NCBI GenBank assembly: GCA_963663275.1
Contig: OY760183.1
Location: 2,432,001 to 2,496,000 of the forward strand
Direction of reading: 5' to 3'
DNA: 64,000 bases
Source: Chloroflexota bacterium
GTDB taxonomy: Bacteria > Chloroflexota > UBA11872 > VXOZ01
Below the pieces are notes generated by a model. The model did no database searches, was not told the DNA's origin, and saw nothing but the letters and a program-made list of their open reading frames with translations. A program made the translations under genes and the position numbers. Positions within the stretch are counted from its first letter, which is position 1. Every line of letters starts with the position of its first letter. This document shows positions 27,759 through 38,187 of this stretch, one piece after another.

Positions 27759-29213
27759 CTACCCCGCAAAGTCGGCAAGGATGTTCTCCGCCACTTCCTG
27801 GCCCAGCCGAATGCTATAGTTGATGCCCCGGTCTTCCGGATAGATGAGGGTGGTATTCGCCAGATACAGCTTGGAAATCGGCGTGCGCAGGTCCGGTTTC
27901 TTCTTCTGGTAGCCCACCTCGATCAAGGGCTGGGCAAACGGATCGCCGCCGGACCACATGTTCTTCACCATGTCTGGTGAGAAATTCGGATACACCTGCT
28001 GCAAGTACGGCAGGTAGTAGTCGAAGAGCGCCTGGGTTTCCATGCGCATCAGCGGATCGCGCGGCGACATGTAGCGCGCCACGTAGAGCAAGTGGCTGCC
28101 GCCGTAGGCTTCCGGCGAGACCAGGTTCGTCTGTTCCACCAGGGCCGTAAACGGCGAGTCCTCCGCGCTGATGTTCAGCCAGTAGTAGGGCGACATGCGC
28201 CGGTCGAGTTCCAGCAGCAAGCAGGAAGCGCCCTTGTACTCGATGCTGCCCAGCCGTTGGCGGTAGGCGTCGGGCAAGTCCGGCGCGAGGTGCAGGAAGA
28301 TAGGCGTGTGCACGGCGGCCAGCACCAGATCGAAGTCGCGCCGTTCGCCGCCGGTGACGATGCCGCGGGCCTGGCCGTTCTCGATGATGATGCGCTCCGC
28401 CGGGGCTTCCAGGTGTATCTGCCCGCCGAGTTCCTCGATGCGGCGGGCGAAACCGTCCACGAGCGTGCGAAATGAGTTGTGGAAGTAGCCCAGTTGCTCT
28501 TTAGCCATGCCTTTGGAGCGGGAGGCGGCGCGCACGTGGATGCGTGCCCAGAGCCACGCCATGCTCACGCGATGCCAGTCCTCGCCAAACTTCGCTTTGA
28601 GCAAGCCGCCCCAGATGGTGTCGAACACCTTATCGCCGCAGAACCGGCGCATCCAGTCGGCGGCGCTCACGTCCTGAAACGGCTGCCACCGCTTGCGCCG
28701 CTGCAAGTACAGCACCGAGAGGCCGAGCCGAAAGCGTTGCACGAGATTGAGAGGCTGGAAGCGCAGCACGTCCGCCGGACCGTTGAAAGGAAGGAGTTTG
28801 CCTCCCCAGTAGAAGCCCATCGTGGAGTCAACCCACGTCAGTTTGTCCGCGACCCCCAGGCGTTCCGCGGAGGCGAGCAGGTAGCTATCGCTGCCGAAAC
28901 AGTGGTGATAGTAGTACTCCACGAAGGTATTGCCAATGGCGCGGGTGGCTACCTCGCCGCCAAGCTGCGACTGCTTCTCGAAGACATGCACCTGCGCGCC
29001 GCCGGCCAGCAACGCTTCGGCGGCGGCCAAGCCGCTAAAGCCGCCGCCAACGACGGCGATGCGCGGCGGAGCGTCGGACATTCTTTCCTCTGACGCTGGG
29101 GCCGTCTGTGTTGTGGTCTGCGTCGCGGTCTCCGACTGCGTCGAGATCTCCGGCTGCACTGAAGTAACCGTTGTCGGCGCTGCTGAGGTCTTCAGAAAGG
29201 TCTGCCGTTCCAT
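27759..29213 (-). CDS. FAD-dependent oxidoreductase (protoporphyrinogen oxidase / amine oxidase-like)
   Basis: IAVVGGGFSGLAAA..FEK...LGG, EYYYHH, YPEDRG.N; start is 29213 or 29081 (the longer track ORF is an antisense-style extension). Confidence 0.85.
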   Translation of the reverse strand: MERQTFLKTSAAPTTVTSVQPEISTQSETATQTTTQTAPASEERMSDAPPRIAVVGGGFSGLAAAEALLAGGAQVHVFEKQSQLGGEVATRAIGNTFVEYYYHHCFGSDSYLLASAERLGVADKLTWVDSTMGFYWGGKLLPFNGPADVLRFQPLNLVQRFRLGLSVLYLQRRKRWQPFQDVSAADWMRRFCGDKVFDTIWGGLLKAKFGEDWHRVSMAWLWARIHVRAASRSKGMAKEQLGYFHNSFRTLVDGFARRIEELGGQIHLEAPAERIIIENGQARGIVTGGERRDFDLVLAAVHTPIFLHLAPDLPDAYRQRLGSIEYKGASCLLLELDRRMSPYYWLNISAEDSPFTALVEQTNLVSPEAYGGSHLLYVARYMSPRDPLMRMETQALFDYYLPYLQQVYPNFSPDMVKNMWSGGDPFAQPLIEVGYQKKKPDLRTPISKLYLANTTLIYPEDRGINYSIRLGQEVAENILADFAG

Positions 29214-29233
29214 GTGCTTTCCTGATGAATTGC

Positions 29234-30514
29234 CTATGATGTCTCCGGCGCGGACGCCGAGGCCTGGCCGAGGGGCGTTCGCGGGGCATCCGTCACTTGC
29301 AGCGGCCACCAGCGTTGCCGCCGCCGCCAAGCGAGAGCGCCGCCCAAGACGATTACGGGCAGCAGCAGGAGCGCGTGCATCAGCAGCAAGTACGCAATCG
29401 CCAATTCGGCCGCAATGCCAAACTGCATGAGCACCAGCTTGCCCGCAAACTCGAAGGGGCCGATGTACCCGGGTGACGACGGGAGCGCCGAAAAGATATT
29501 GATAACGCCCATCGTCAAGAGAAATACGAGCACGGACTCGTCCAGTCCCATGCTGTACGCCACTACGAAGTACGTAAGTCCCTCGATTACCCACGACACC
29601 ATACTCAAGACAATGATCTCCACCAGCCGCCGCGCCGAACTGAGGCTTTGAAAGCCCTGGAGGAAGGACTGCATCATGCCGACGATGCGGTGTCCTAATC
29701 TCCCCGGCAGCAGGAGCGCCAAGCGCAAGGGCAGCGACGTAAAGTAATCGCGCGCGATGACGGCAGCGCCAAAGACCACGATCAACAGCGCGACGCTCGC
29801 TCCGGCCAGCGGCAGCAGGAGCCCGCCGGATGCCAAATGCCCAAACTCCGCAAAGGCGGTCCCGATCAGAATGCCAAACAGCGCGGTAAGCGCAAGGGAG
29901 CGCCAGACTACGCGGGCGCGGCCAATCCCGCGCCGAGAGCCGTGCGTGGCGACCAGCACGAGCAGCCCGGCCGCTACCAGCGAGGCCACCGCCGCCACGC
30001 GCAGGGCCGTGATCAAGGGCGAGGGCCAATGCAGGAATATCGTGCACGCCACGATGATGGCGAGAATTGCCAGCACGTCCAGTAGGCGTTCCAAGAGAAC
30101 CGTTGCCAGTGAGGCGCTCTTGCGAATCCCGGTCTCCCGGGCCAGCAAGAACACCCGCATGACGTCGCCCATGCGCGCCGGCACCACGTTGTTCACCGTA
30201 TAGCTGACGATGAGGAGCGTGACCGCCTGGCGCACCGGAATGTACTCGATGGGCAAGAGGAGGCGCTGCCAACGCCAGCCGCGTACGGCCACGCCGAGAA
30301 AGTAGAGCGGGATCGCCGGCAGCAGCAGCCAGTAGTCGGCGCCGCGCAGCGCCGCCCACATCTGCCCCAAATCGAGTCCGCGCAGCGCCAGCCACAGCAG
30401 CACACCGCTGATGCCGATGCCGGCTGTGGCTTGAAGCGCGCGCAGGCGTCCGGGCCGCCAGCCCGCGCCAACCCGGCGAAGACGCCGCATGCGTGTCAGC
30501 ATTGCATTCCCCAC
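29234..30514 (-). CDS. Lysylphosphatidylglycerol synthase TM / flippase-like protein (UPF0104)
   Basis: RGWRWQ.LL, NNVVPARMGD, ERLLD, PSSPGYIGPFE; start uncertain. Confidence 0.85.
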   Translation of the reverse strand: MGNAMLTRMRRLRRVGAGWRPGRLRALQATAGIGISGVLLWLALRGLDLGQMWAALRGADYWLLLPAIPLYFLGVAVRGWRWQRLLLPIEYIPVRQAVTLLIVSYTVNNVVPARMGDVMRVFLLARETGIRKSASLATVLLERLLDVLAILAIIVACTIFLHWPSPLITALRVAAVASLVAAGLLVLVATHGSRRGIGRARVVWRSLALTALFGILIGTAFAEFGHLASGGLLLPLAGASVALLIVVFGAAVIARDYFTSLPLRLALLLPGRLGHRIVGMMQSFLQGFQSLSSARRLVEIIVLSMVSWVIEGLTYFVVAYSMGLDESVLVFLLTMGVINIFSALPSSPGYIGPFEFAGKLVLMQFGIAAELAIAYLLLMHALLLLPVIVLGGALAWRRRQRWWPLQVTDAPRTPLGQASASAPETS

Positions 30515-30838
30515 AATCCGACTGGAACTCGCACTTCTTCACGGGCGCAATGAACGCCCACGCAGTCAAGCATAAGGGTCCAATTCGCGCACCGGAGCGT
30601 GCGCGTTAGCGTCCGCTGGTTCCTGACAGAATGCCTCTAGCGTATTTGAAGTGACCGGCGGCGTCAATTTGCTTCGCTTCCACCGGCATTCGTCGCGTCC
30701 AAGCCGCTGTAGGCCGCAAACCTTAGCGGTAGTTTATATAGCTTAACGCGCCTTCAATTCTTCTTGCATTCTCATTGCCCGCCCTAGGGCCGGGCAGGAA
30801 GCGGCTGCGATGCCGCCGCGCCCCGTCGAACGCCCGTG

Positions 30839-31774
30839 TCAACGCGAGACTCCTCCGAGGGAGCGCAGGTACTCCGCCGCCGACCTGGCGGCAGACTCGG
30901 GATCGGGCAACAGGCGCCAGTAGGCGCGCGGCATGCCCTTGAATGGGTTGACGTATTCATACAATACGTAGCCGTCGAACCCGCCCCGCTGCAACTCCCC
31001 AATGACCGCTTTCCAGTCGATGTCGCCTTCCGGCAGTTCCGTCCACTCGTAGCCGTAGACCTCTTTGGGCAGGTAATCGATCTCTCCCGGCGGGCGGCGG
31101 CGCACGTTCTTCACGTGGAGCATAGCGACGTGGGGCGCCAGGCGCCGCGCTTCAGACAGGACGTCCCGGCCTTCCATGTAGAGATTGGCGCCGTCCATGA
31201 CGAGATCGAGTTCAGGCCCCACCGCGTCCCGCACCGCCAGCAACTCTTCCGCGCTAGCGGTCGTGGTATTCTCATTCGTCTCGACGATAAGCCTGACGCC
31301 ACGCTCTTTGGCATACGGCAGCAGTTCCTTGAGAGCGGCGACGTGCAGGTCGCGGGCTTCACCCGGCGACAGCGTAATGTCCGGCGCGGGCTCCAGCGCG
31401 TTGCCGATGCTGCGCAGCCAGCGGGCATCCAGAGCGGCCGCCAGGTCTACGTAGTCCCGGTTGAGCGCCATACTCCGCTCGCGCAGTTCGCCCGGCGGAT
31501 AGGTGAGCGGACAGTAGCAGGAAAGACAGGCAATCTCCAGCTTCTTAGCCTTGAGCACCCGGTAGAACTCGTTTCTCCCCGGCTCGCCTATGAGCCGCGG
31601 GCTGACCATGTCGTAGCCTACCGCGTTGTAGTGGCGTTCCACCGGCCGGGGCACGTCCAGCGTGTACCCGCGCAGGCTGATGCCGTGGTAGTCGAACTTC
31701 CCCGCCCACGCCAGCACTTTCGCCAGGCCAAACGGGTGCTGCCAGCCGACGCCGCCGTATAGGGCCAGTTTCAT
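30839..31774 (-). CDS. Sugar phosphate isomerase/epimerase (xylose-isomerase-like TIM barrel)
   Basis: GVRLIVET, D.AN, HVKN, GDIDW, GFDGY..YE. Confidence 0.85.
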   Translation of the reverse strand: MKLALYGGVGWQHPFGLAKVLAWAGKFDYHGISLRGYTLDVPRPVERHYNAVGYDMVSPRLIGEPGRNEFYRVLKAKKLEIACLSCYCPLTYPPGELRERSMALNRDYVDLAAALDARWLRSIGNALEPAPDITLSPGEARDLHVAALKELLPYAKERGVRLIVETNENTTTASAEELLAVRDAVGPELDLVMDGANLYMEGRDVLSEARRLAPHVAMLHVKNVRRRPPGEIDYLPKEVYGYEWTELPEGDIDWKAVIGELQRGGFDGYVLYEYVNPFKGMPRAYWRLLPDPESAARSAAEYLRSLGGVSR

Positions 31775-31952
31775 TACTCCACTCCTCAGACGGCTCGCCG
31801 GTTATGGCTGCCAACCGGAGTACTCGGGGCGCAGCATGGGGCGCGCGCCCGTCAGGTATAGCCGCCGCCGCGCGCGCCGGGCGTTTCAAGGCGCGCTTCC
31901 AAGATGAAAGGGCGAGCATCCGCATACGGATACTCGCCCAATGGCCGTCGCT

Positions 31953-32028
31953 TGGCAGGAGCGGAGGGACTCGAACCCCCGACCGCTGGTTTTGGAGACC
32001 AGTGCTCTTCCAACTGAGCTACGCTCCT
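31953..32028 (-). tRNA. tRNA-Trp(CCA)
   Basis: AGGAGCG..ctggt-CT CCA AA-accag..GGTTCGAGTCC..GCCA. Confidence 0.97.
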
Positions 32029-32058
32029 CTGCCCGCCGCGCCATTGCGCCGTAATTCT

Positions 32059-32087
32059 ATCCTACTGGAAGATGGAAATGCCGTCAA
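32059..32087 (-). promoter_or_regulatory. Promoter of tRNA-Trp
   Basis: TTGACG-17 nt-TAGGAT. Confidence 0.5.
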
Positions 32088-32374
32088 TGCAGGGCATGAA
32101 GCCGGATAGGCGGGGACGCCATGAAGCGCTCTCATGCTGACTATTGGCCAGCCCACGGCGCGCCGGGTTGCGGTGCGGTCAGCCGCGCGCCAGCGCGTGT
32201 GGACAAACGCTTGACGCCACTGTATGCTGAACCGAACGGAACGCGAATGCGGTTTGGCGCTTTGCCGCGCTTCCGCGTCCAACCGCCGCGACGCCCGTGT
32301 TCTCGTGCCCAGGGCCGGCCGAGGGCACAAGACTTCGAGACCGACGTTTGCACACACCACAAGGCGCAGACACC

Positions 32375-34159
32375 ATGCCACAGAACACTTCGCCAATTGT
32401 AGTCATCTGGGATAGCCAGACCGCCGCGCGCCTGTCCGGCTACGTGACCGAGATCTTGCACGTGGAGGGCTACAACTGGTTCGCGGTTCACGATCTCGCG
32501 TCCGCTCCCCTTACGCTCGCGCAACTTGCCCGGCATCAGATAGTCCTGCTGACCGACGTGGTCGTGTCTGAAGAGGCGCAAGCCGCCATTCTCACGTATG
32601 TCGATCAAGGGGGCGCTCTCATCGCGCTGCGTCCTTCCGAAGCGCTCGCGTCCGCTTTGGGCCTGGCTCCCTTCCACCGCGACATTGCGGATCGCTATCT
32701 CGCCTTGAACCCAACCTGCGCCCTGAACGACGGCGTGGACCTGCCGCCGTTGCAGTTTCACGGCCAGGCCGAACTGTATCTCTGGCACGGCGAACCCGCG
32801 CACGTGATGGCGTATTTCGCCGCCTCTCCCGATTACGTTACCAAGCACCCCGCCGTTACCGTTGGCAGGCGCGGACAGGGCGCGTGGGCGGTCTTCGCGT
32901 ACGACCTTGCCGAAAGCACCGTGCTCCTGCACCAGGGACGGCGCGAGCAGGCGAGCACCGGCGCGTATCCCGATTACGACGGCGACCGCAGCTATAAGCC
33001 CAACGACCTGTTCGTCGGCCACCTGGATCCCGCCCTCTGCGCCCTGCCCCAGGCCGATTTGCAGCAAGACATGCTGGTGCGCATCCTCGAGTGGATGGCG
33101 GCGCTCAGCCAACCCCTGCCGCGCCTGTGGCACTTTCCTTCAGCCGCGCCCGCGGTGGCCTTCATCAACGGCGACGGCGACAGCATGGCGCTGTCTGACC
33201 TGACGCAGACGATTGCGACCGCGGACCGGTTCCAGATTCCCTATACGACCTACATCAAGATGGACGACCATCCGAAAGTCGAACCGGCCTACGCACGCGC
33301 GCTTCGCGGGCACGGGCATGACTTCGGCCAACACGCCTTCGCCGGCGCCAAGCCCACGCTGGATGAGATGCGCGGCCGGCTGCGCTACGAGATGAATGCT
33401 TTTCGCGCCCGCTACGGCCATGAGTCCGTCACGTACCGGGGGCATAGCGTCATCTGGGTCGGCTGGACCGAGATGGCAACGTACCTGCGGGAGAACCAGG
33501 TGCGGTTGGACACGAATTTCGCCGCGGCGCGCTACCACCACGCCGGTTATGTTAATGGCAGCGGCCTGCCCGTCAAGTTCATGGATGAAGAAGGCAGGCT
33601 GATCGACCTCTACGAGCAGACCACGATGTCCACCGACGACGGCTGGACCACCGATAAGATCTTCGCGCCGCCAATGAGCACCGCGGAGTGTATCGCGCTT
33701 TCCATGGAGCAGGCCGACGACGCCATAGACCGCTATCACACCGTCTATCACCCGTACTTCCATCCGCTGCGCACCCGCGCCGGGCCGACTTCCTCGCAGA
33801 CGTGGCTGGAAGGCGTCCTGCGGCACTGCCGGGAACGCGGCTTCCACTTCGTCAGCGGTGTGGATTGGGTCGATTTCAACGACGGACGGCGCGCGCTGCA
33901 ACTGGCGGCGTATGAATTCGAGCCGGAGTCCCTGACTCTGCGGTTCACCCTGGAAGCGTCGCTTACCGCGCAGGCCCTCTCGCTCGCGCTGCCTTACGCC
34001 TTTCGCGGCGCGCCCATGCGCAGCGCGACGGTGAACGGAGAGCCGCTGCCGGTTCACGCGCGCGAACTGGAGGGAAGACCGCAGGTTCTCTTGCCCGCCG
34101 ACTATGCGGCCGGCGCGCACTACGCGTGGGAGATCCGGTGGAGTACGGGAATCGACTAG
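32375..34159 (+). CDS. Hypothetical protein: N-terminal GATase-like domain plus polysaccharide-deacetylase-like domain
   Basis: 594-aa ORF; YVDQGGALI, NGDGD, FGQH, YRGHS motifs; domain call is inference. Confidence 0.65.
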   Translation: MPQNTSPIVVIWDSQTAARLSGYVTEILHVEGYNWFAVHDLASAPLTLAQLARHQIVLLTDVVVSEEAQAAILTYVDQGGALIALRPSEALASALGLAPFHRDIADRYLALNPTCALNDGVDLPPLQFHGQAELYLWHGEPAHVMAYFAASPDYVTKHPAVTVGRRGQGAWAVFAYDLAESTVLLHQGRREQASTGAYPDYDGDRSYKPNDLFVGHLDPALCALPQADLQQDMLVRILEWMAALSQPLPRLWHFPSAAPAVAFINGDGDSMALSDLTQTIATADRFQIPYTTYIKMDDHPKVEPAYARALRGHGHDFGQHAFAGAKPTLDEMRGRLRYEMNAFRARYGHESVTYRGHSVIWVGWTEMATYLRENQVRLDTNFAAARYHHAGYVNGSGLPVKFMDEEGRLIDLYEQTTMSTDDGWTTDKIFAPPMSTAECIALSMEQADDAIDRYHTVYHPYFHPLRTRAGPTSSQTWLEGVLRHCRERGFHFVSGVDWVDFNDGRRALQLAAYEFEPESLTLRFTLEASLTAQALSLALPYAFRGAPMRSATVNGEPLPVHARELEGRPQVLLPADYAAGAHYAWEIRWSTGID

Positions 34160-34171
34160 CGGAAGCGGCGG

Positions 34172-34244
34172 TGACCCGGCTGGGACTCGAACCCAGGACA
34201 CCCTGATTAAAAGTCAGGTGCTCTGCCAACTGAGCTACCGGGTC
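34172..34244 (-). tRNA. tRNA-Lys(TTT)
   Basis: GACCCGG..cctga-CT TTT AA-tcagg..GGTTCGAGTCC; CCA not encoded. Confidence 0.97.
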
Positions 34245-34378
34245 GTACTCCCAGTCTAGCAAACTGCGGCGTGCCACCTCAATGGCATAGTCCCTTTGGC
34301 GTACCGCCGACTTGCCCCGGAAGACGCCGGCCCGCGCGAAACGATGCAATCGAAATCTGCCTGTCGCCGCAGGAACTC

Positions 34379-35635
34379 TCAAGGCTGCCAGTAGAGCAGC
34401 CCGGCGATTGCGCCCGTCATGCACGTCGCCATGGTGCCGGCCAGGATGGACTTCAGGCCCAGGTTGGCGATTTCCAGCCGCCGTTCCGGCACGATCGCCC
34501 CAATGCCGCCAATCATGATGCCCAGACTGGCAAAATTGGCGAAGCCGCAGATGCTGTAGGCCATGATCAGCGCGCTGCGCTCGCTCAGGCTGCCCGGCGG
34601 CAGTTGCGACATCTGCACGTAGGCTACGAGTTCGTTGAGGATTACCTTCGTGCCCAGCAGTTGCCCGGCGGTCGCCGCCTCAGCCCAGGGCACGCCCAGC
34701 GCCCACACCACCGGCGCGAGAATCCAGCCAAGGATGCGCTGCAACGTCAGCGCCTCGCCCTGCACCAGCGGCGCCAGGCCCAGAATGATGTTCGCCAACT
34801 CCACCAGCGCCACCAGCACGATCAACATGCCGATGATGTAGGCGAACAGCCGCAGGCCGTCGAACGTGCCCCGGGTCAGCGCGTCGGCGCCGTTCTCGTA
34901 GAGGCGCTTGAACTCGACCCTGGTTTCCTCTACTTCCTCACCCGTTCGCGGCACCAGTATCAGCGCCAGCATGATGGCCGCGGGCGCGCTGATGATGGAG
35001 GCCGTCAGCACGTGGCCGGCCGGATCGGGGATGATGCCCTCCAGCAGCGTGACGTAGAGGGCGAAGACCGTGCCGGCGATGGTGGCCATGCCGCCGGTCA
35101 TGACGATGAAGAGTTCCGAGCGGGTCATGCGCTCCAGGTAGGGCCGCACCAGCAGCGGCGCTTCCACCATGCCGATGAACACGTTGGCCGCGGTGGCAAA
35201 GCTGGTGGCGCCGCCGATGTTCAACGTCTTGCTCAGCACCCAGGCAAAGCCCCTCACCACCCAGGGCAAGACGCGATAGTGGTAGAGAATTGCCGAGAGC
35301 GCCCCAATGACCACCACCAGCGGCAGGGAGCGAAAGGCGAAGACGAACGACGCGCCCGGAAACGACTCCTCGAAGGGAAGCGCGCCGCCGCCCAGAAAAC
35401 CAAAGACCAGCGACGTGCCGGCCTCGGTCGCGCGCACCAGCGCGTCCACGCCGTTGCCGATCCAAACGAACACGATCTGGGAGTTAGGGACTTTCAAGAG
35501 CAGCAACGCGAGGCCGAATTGCACGGCCAGTCCCACCAGGGCAGCGCGCCAGGGAAAAGCGCGGCGGTTCTCACTGACGGCCCACGCCAGGGCGATAAGT
35601 CCCAGTATCCCAATGACCGCCTGCAGTATCGCCAT
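34379..35635 (-). CDS. nupC: Concentrative nucleoside transporter (NupC/CNT family)
   Basis: ANVFIGMVEAPL, GMATIAG, KVILNELVAY, CGFANFAS. Confidence 0.93.
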   Translation of the reverse strand: MAILQAVIGILGLIALAWAVSENRRAFPWRAALVGLAVQFGLALLLLKVPNSQIVFVWIGNGVDALVRATEAGTSLVFGFLGGGALPFEESFPGASFVFAFRSLPLVVVIGALSAILYHYRVLPWVVRGFAWVLSKTLNIGGATSFATAANVFIGMVEAPLLVRPYLERMTRSELFIVMTGGMATIAGTVFALYVTLLEGIIPDPAGHVLTASIISAPAAIMLALILVPRTGEEVEETRVEFKRLYENGADALTRGTFDGLRLFAYIIGMLIVLVALVELANIILGLAPLVQGEALTLQRILGWILAPVVWALGVPWAEAATAGQLLGTKVILNELVAYVQMSQLPPGSLSERSALIMAYSICGFANFASLGIMIGGIGAIVPERRLEIANLGLKSILAGTMATCMTGAIAGLLYWQP

Positions 35636-35967
35636 GAAGTGCCCGTCCTCTCCGGTTTTCGTTCGGCCGCTGCGGCAAACGGCATATAGACGAAAGTGCG
35701 TCGTGTCCACAGTGTAGCAAATCCGGTTCGCCTTCTCAATGGCAGAGCCGCGCACCCGGCAGGTCCGCTGGCGTGGGCCAGCCGGGCCGCTTCCAGTGCG
35801 GCGGAGCACGGCGCGAATCTCCGGCCTCTCCCTTGCGGAAACGCCTTCACCAAGCGGCCGTGGACGACCCCGCTCGTCATAGAGCGTTGGCCCGCTATCC
35901 TGTAGAATTACTAGTGGAAAGCGCGCTCTGCCGGTAAGCTGGAAACGGCAGCACGACAACGAGAAGG

Positions 35968-36786
35968 ATGAACTGGGTGAAAGCGCCGCCGGCCCGCGAG
36001 GTGGAACTCTTCGACCGCGACGCGGCCAACTTCGAGGCCTATCTCCAGAGTCCGCTGGGACGTCTGCGGACCGAGCTGATCTGGTCCGGGCTCGCGCCCC
36101 TGGTGGACGGGACGGACGCGCCGCACTACGTGTTGGACGTTGGCGGCGGCACCGGCGCGTTTGCCCTCCGTCTCGCCGCCCTGGGACACCGGGTGCTGCT
36201 GCTGGACCCGGCCCGCGCCATGCTGGAACTCGCGGCGGCCAAGGCCAAGCGCGAACTGGAAGCAACGGCTCGCGCCAACCTGCAAGCCCAGCAAGGGACG
36301 ATCGCGGATCTACGCGCCCGCCCGCTGTCGCGCAAGTTCACGGCGGTGCTCTGCCACAACATCCTCGAGTACGCCGTAGGCCCGCAGCACGTCCTCAGCC
36401 GCATCCGGCAACTCATCCGCGACGACGGCGTCGTGTCAATCGTCGCGGCCAACCGGGACGCCGAACCGCTGCGCACGGTGGTCAATCAACAAGACCCCCG
36501 CGCCGCGCTGCGGTTGCTCGCCAAGACCGTACACCCTTCCACGCTCTTCGGCGGCTACCGCCGGGTCTTTGCGCTGAGCGAACTGGCGGCTATGCTCGAC
36601 GAGGCGGGATTTTCTAGCGTGTCGCTGCGGGGCGTGCGGGTGGCGTGCGACTATCTCTCGCAAGACTGCCTCGAGCAGCAGGAGGGGTGGGACGCCGCCT
36701 TTGCCCTGGAGCAATCATTGATAACCCGCACACCGCACAAGTATCTCGCGCGCTACCTGCACCTCATCGCGCGGCCGCGCGCCTGA
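35968..36786 (+). CDS. Class I SAM-dependent methyltransferase (SmtA/CmoM-like)
   Basis: VLDVGGGTG, LCHNILEY, GVRV..DY, RYLHLI. Confidence 0.85.
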   Translation: MNWVKAPPAREVELFDRDAANFEAYLQSPLGRLRTELIWSGLAPLVDGTDAPHYVLDVGGGTGAFALRLAALGHRVLLLDPARAMLELAAAKAKRELEATARANLQAQQGTIADLRARPLSRKFTAVLCHNILEYAVGPQHVLSRIRQLIRDDGVVSIVAANRDAEPLRTVVNQQDPRAALRLLAKTVHPSTLFGGYRRVFALSELAAMLDEAGFSSVSLRGVRVACDYLSQDCLEQQEGWDAAFALEQSLITRTPHKYLARYLHLIARPRA

Positions 36787-36804
36787 CCCCAACCGCTGAA
36801 CTCC

Positions 36805-37860
36805 ATGACGACCATTGCGCAGCATACGCTCAAGCGAATCTTCCAGCCGCTCCTCATCCTGGTCTTTATCGCGCTAGCCGCGGCGTCTGCGCCGCCGCGA
36901 GCGCAGGCGGACGCGGCCGGCTTGCCCGACTGGGTGATCCCGTGGGGGCACTTCTACACGCAAACGAGCGGCGGCGCTGCCGGCGACGCCCTCGGCTACG
37001 CCGTGGTCGATGACGAAGATGCGCCGTTCTGGACGTCGTTCCAGCGGTTTGGCGGCCTGGCGGCGTTGGGCTATCCGATCTCGCAACGCTTCGAGCATCA
37101 CGGCATGGCCGCCCAGGCCTTTCAAAAGGGCATCATCCTCTGGGACGCCCGCTCCCAAAGCGCGCACCTGATGAACCTCTTCGACGAACTTTCCGCCGCC
37201 GGGGCGGATCCGTTCCTGGAGACCCACCGCCTCATCCCGCCGTCCGCCGACTGGTCGCAGGATGACGGGCAGCCGTGGGGGGTGGTCGTGGCCAATCACC
37301 TGGCGCTGCTGGAAGCCGACCCGGCAATCAAGGCGGCTTACTACGCGGGAGAAGCGCTGGGACTTGACGCGATAACGCTTAACGGTCTGCCGATGAGCAT
37401 CCGGGAGTACGACGCCGTGATCGTGCTGCGCGCGCAACGGCGGGCGTTTCAACACTGGAAGAGCGCCACGCCGTGGGCGCAAGCGGGACAAGTAGTGGTG
37501 GTGAATGGGGGCGAACTGGCGAAAGAGCTCAATCTCATCCCGGTGTCCGCGCAAGCGCCGGCGCCGGCCCCAGCGCCGCCGTTTGGCGCCGGCAATCCCG
37601 AATTGGGCGCCGCGCCCTACCACGCCGCCGGCTGCGTGCTTTGCCACGGAACGCGGGCGGAAGGCGGCATCGGGCCGGCCCTCGTGACCGTGCGGCTGGA
37701 CTTTCCCACGTTCGTCACCACCGTGCGCGCGCCGACCGGCGCCATGCCGTCGTATCTGGAGGAGCACGTCTCGGAGCAGGAGTTACGCGACATCCTCGCG
37801 TACGTCCTGTCGCAGGGCGCCGCTCCCCAAGCGGACGCGCCGCAAGATTCAGAACAGTAG
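36805..37860 (+). CDS. Secreted protein with a Chloroflexi-type repeat and a C-terminal monoheme cytochrome c
   Basis: Signal peptide (AQA), GG...LGYPISQRF..QAFQK, Pro/Ala linker, CVLCH, GIGPAL, distal Met in MPSY. Confidence 0.75.
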   Translation: MTTIAQHTLKRIFQPLLILVFIALAAASAPPRAQADAAGLPDWVIPWGHFYTQTSGGAAGDALGYAVVDDEDAPFWTSFQRFGGLAALGYPISQRFEHHGMAAQAFQKGIILWDARSQSAHLMNLFDELSAAGADPFLETHRLIPPSADWSQDDGQPWGVVVANHLALLEADPAIKAAYYAGEALGLDAITLNGLPMSIREYDAVIVLRAQRRAFQHWKSATPWAQAGQVVVVNGGELAKELNLIPVSAQAPAPAPAPPFGAGNPELGAAPYHAAGCVLCHGTRAEGGIGPALVTVRLDFPTFVTTVRAPTGAMPSYLEEHVSEQELRDILAYVLSQGAAPQADAPQDSEQ

Positions 37861-37961
37861 CGCAGGAAGTCCCCGCCGTCCCCTATGCCATCGGCGCTGC
37901 CCGGCCTGGCCTCTGGACTCCCTCTCCCTGGGAGACCTCTGCAAAACCCCTTCCCATCGAG

Positions 37962-38111
37962 GGCTGACAGGGGTAGGCACGTGTCATTCCGAGCGGAGCG
38001 AGGAATCTAGAACCGACGCTTTTGCAGCGAAAGCCTTAGATTCCTCTCTCCGCTGCGCTCCGCTCGGAATGACACGTGAAGTCGGATGTAGAATGCCTAC
38101 CCCTGTCAGCC
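37962..38111. mobile_element. 150-bp MITE with 18-bp perfect TIRs and 6-bp target duplication
   Basis: ATCGAG|GGCTGACAGGGGTAGGCA ... TGCCTACCCCTGTCAGCC|ATCGAG; internal gtcattccgagcggagc / gctccgctcggaatgac hairpin. Confidence 0.85.
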
Positions 38112-38187
38112 ATCGAGGGGGAAGGTTGGGATGGGGGTGAGAAAAACTAACTCACTTTATCTCTAGTTGCAAGAGCGCCTTGGATTC

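Noticed and set aside
27759-30569. 936-aa fusion ORF
   Set aside because: The N-terminal half overlaps the real flippase-like gene in another frame; only the oxidoreductase part is credible. The 5' extensions of nupC, htrA and the transglutaminase were rejected for similar reasons.
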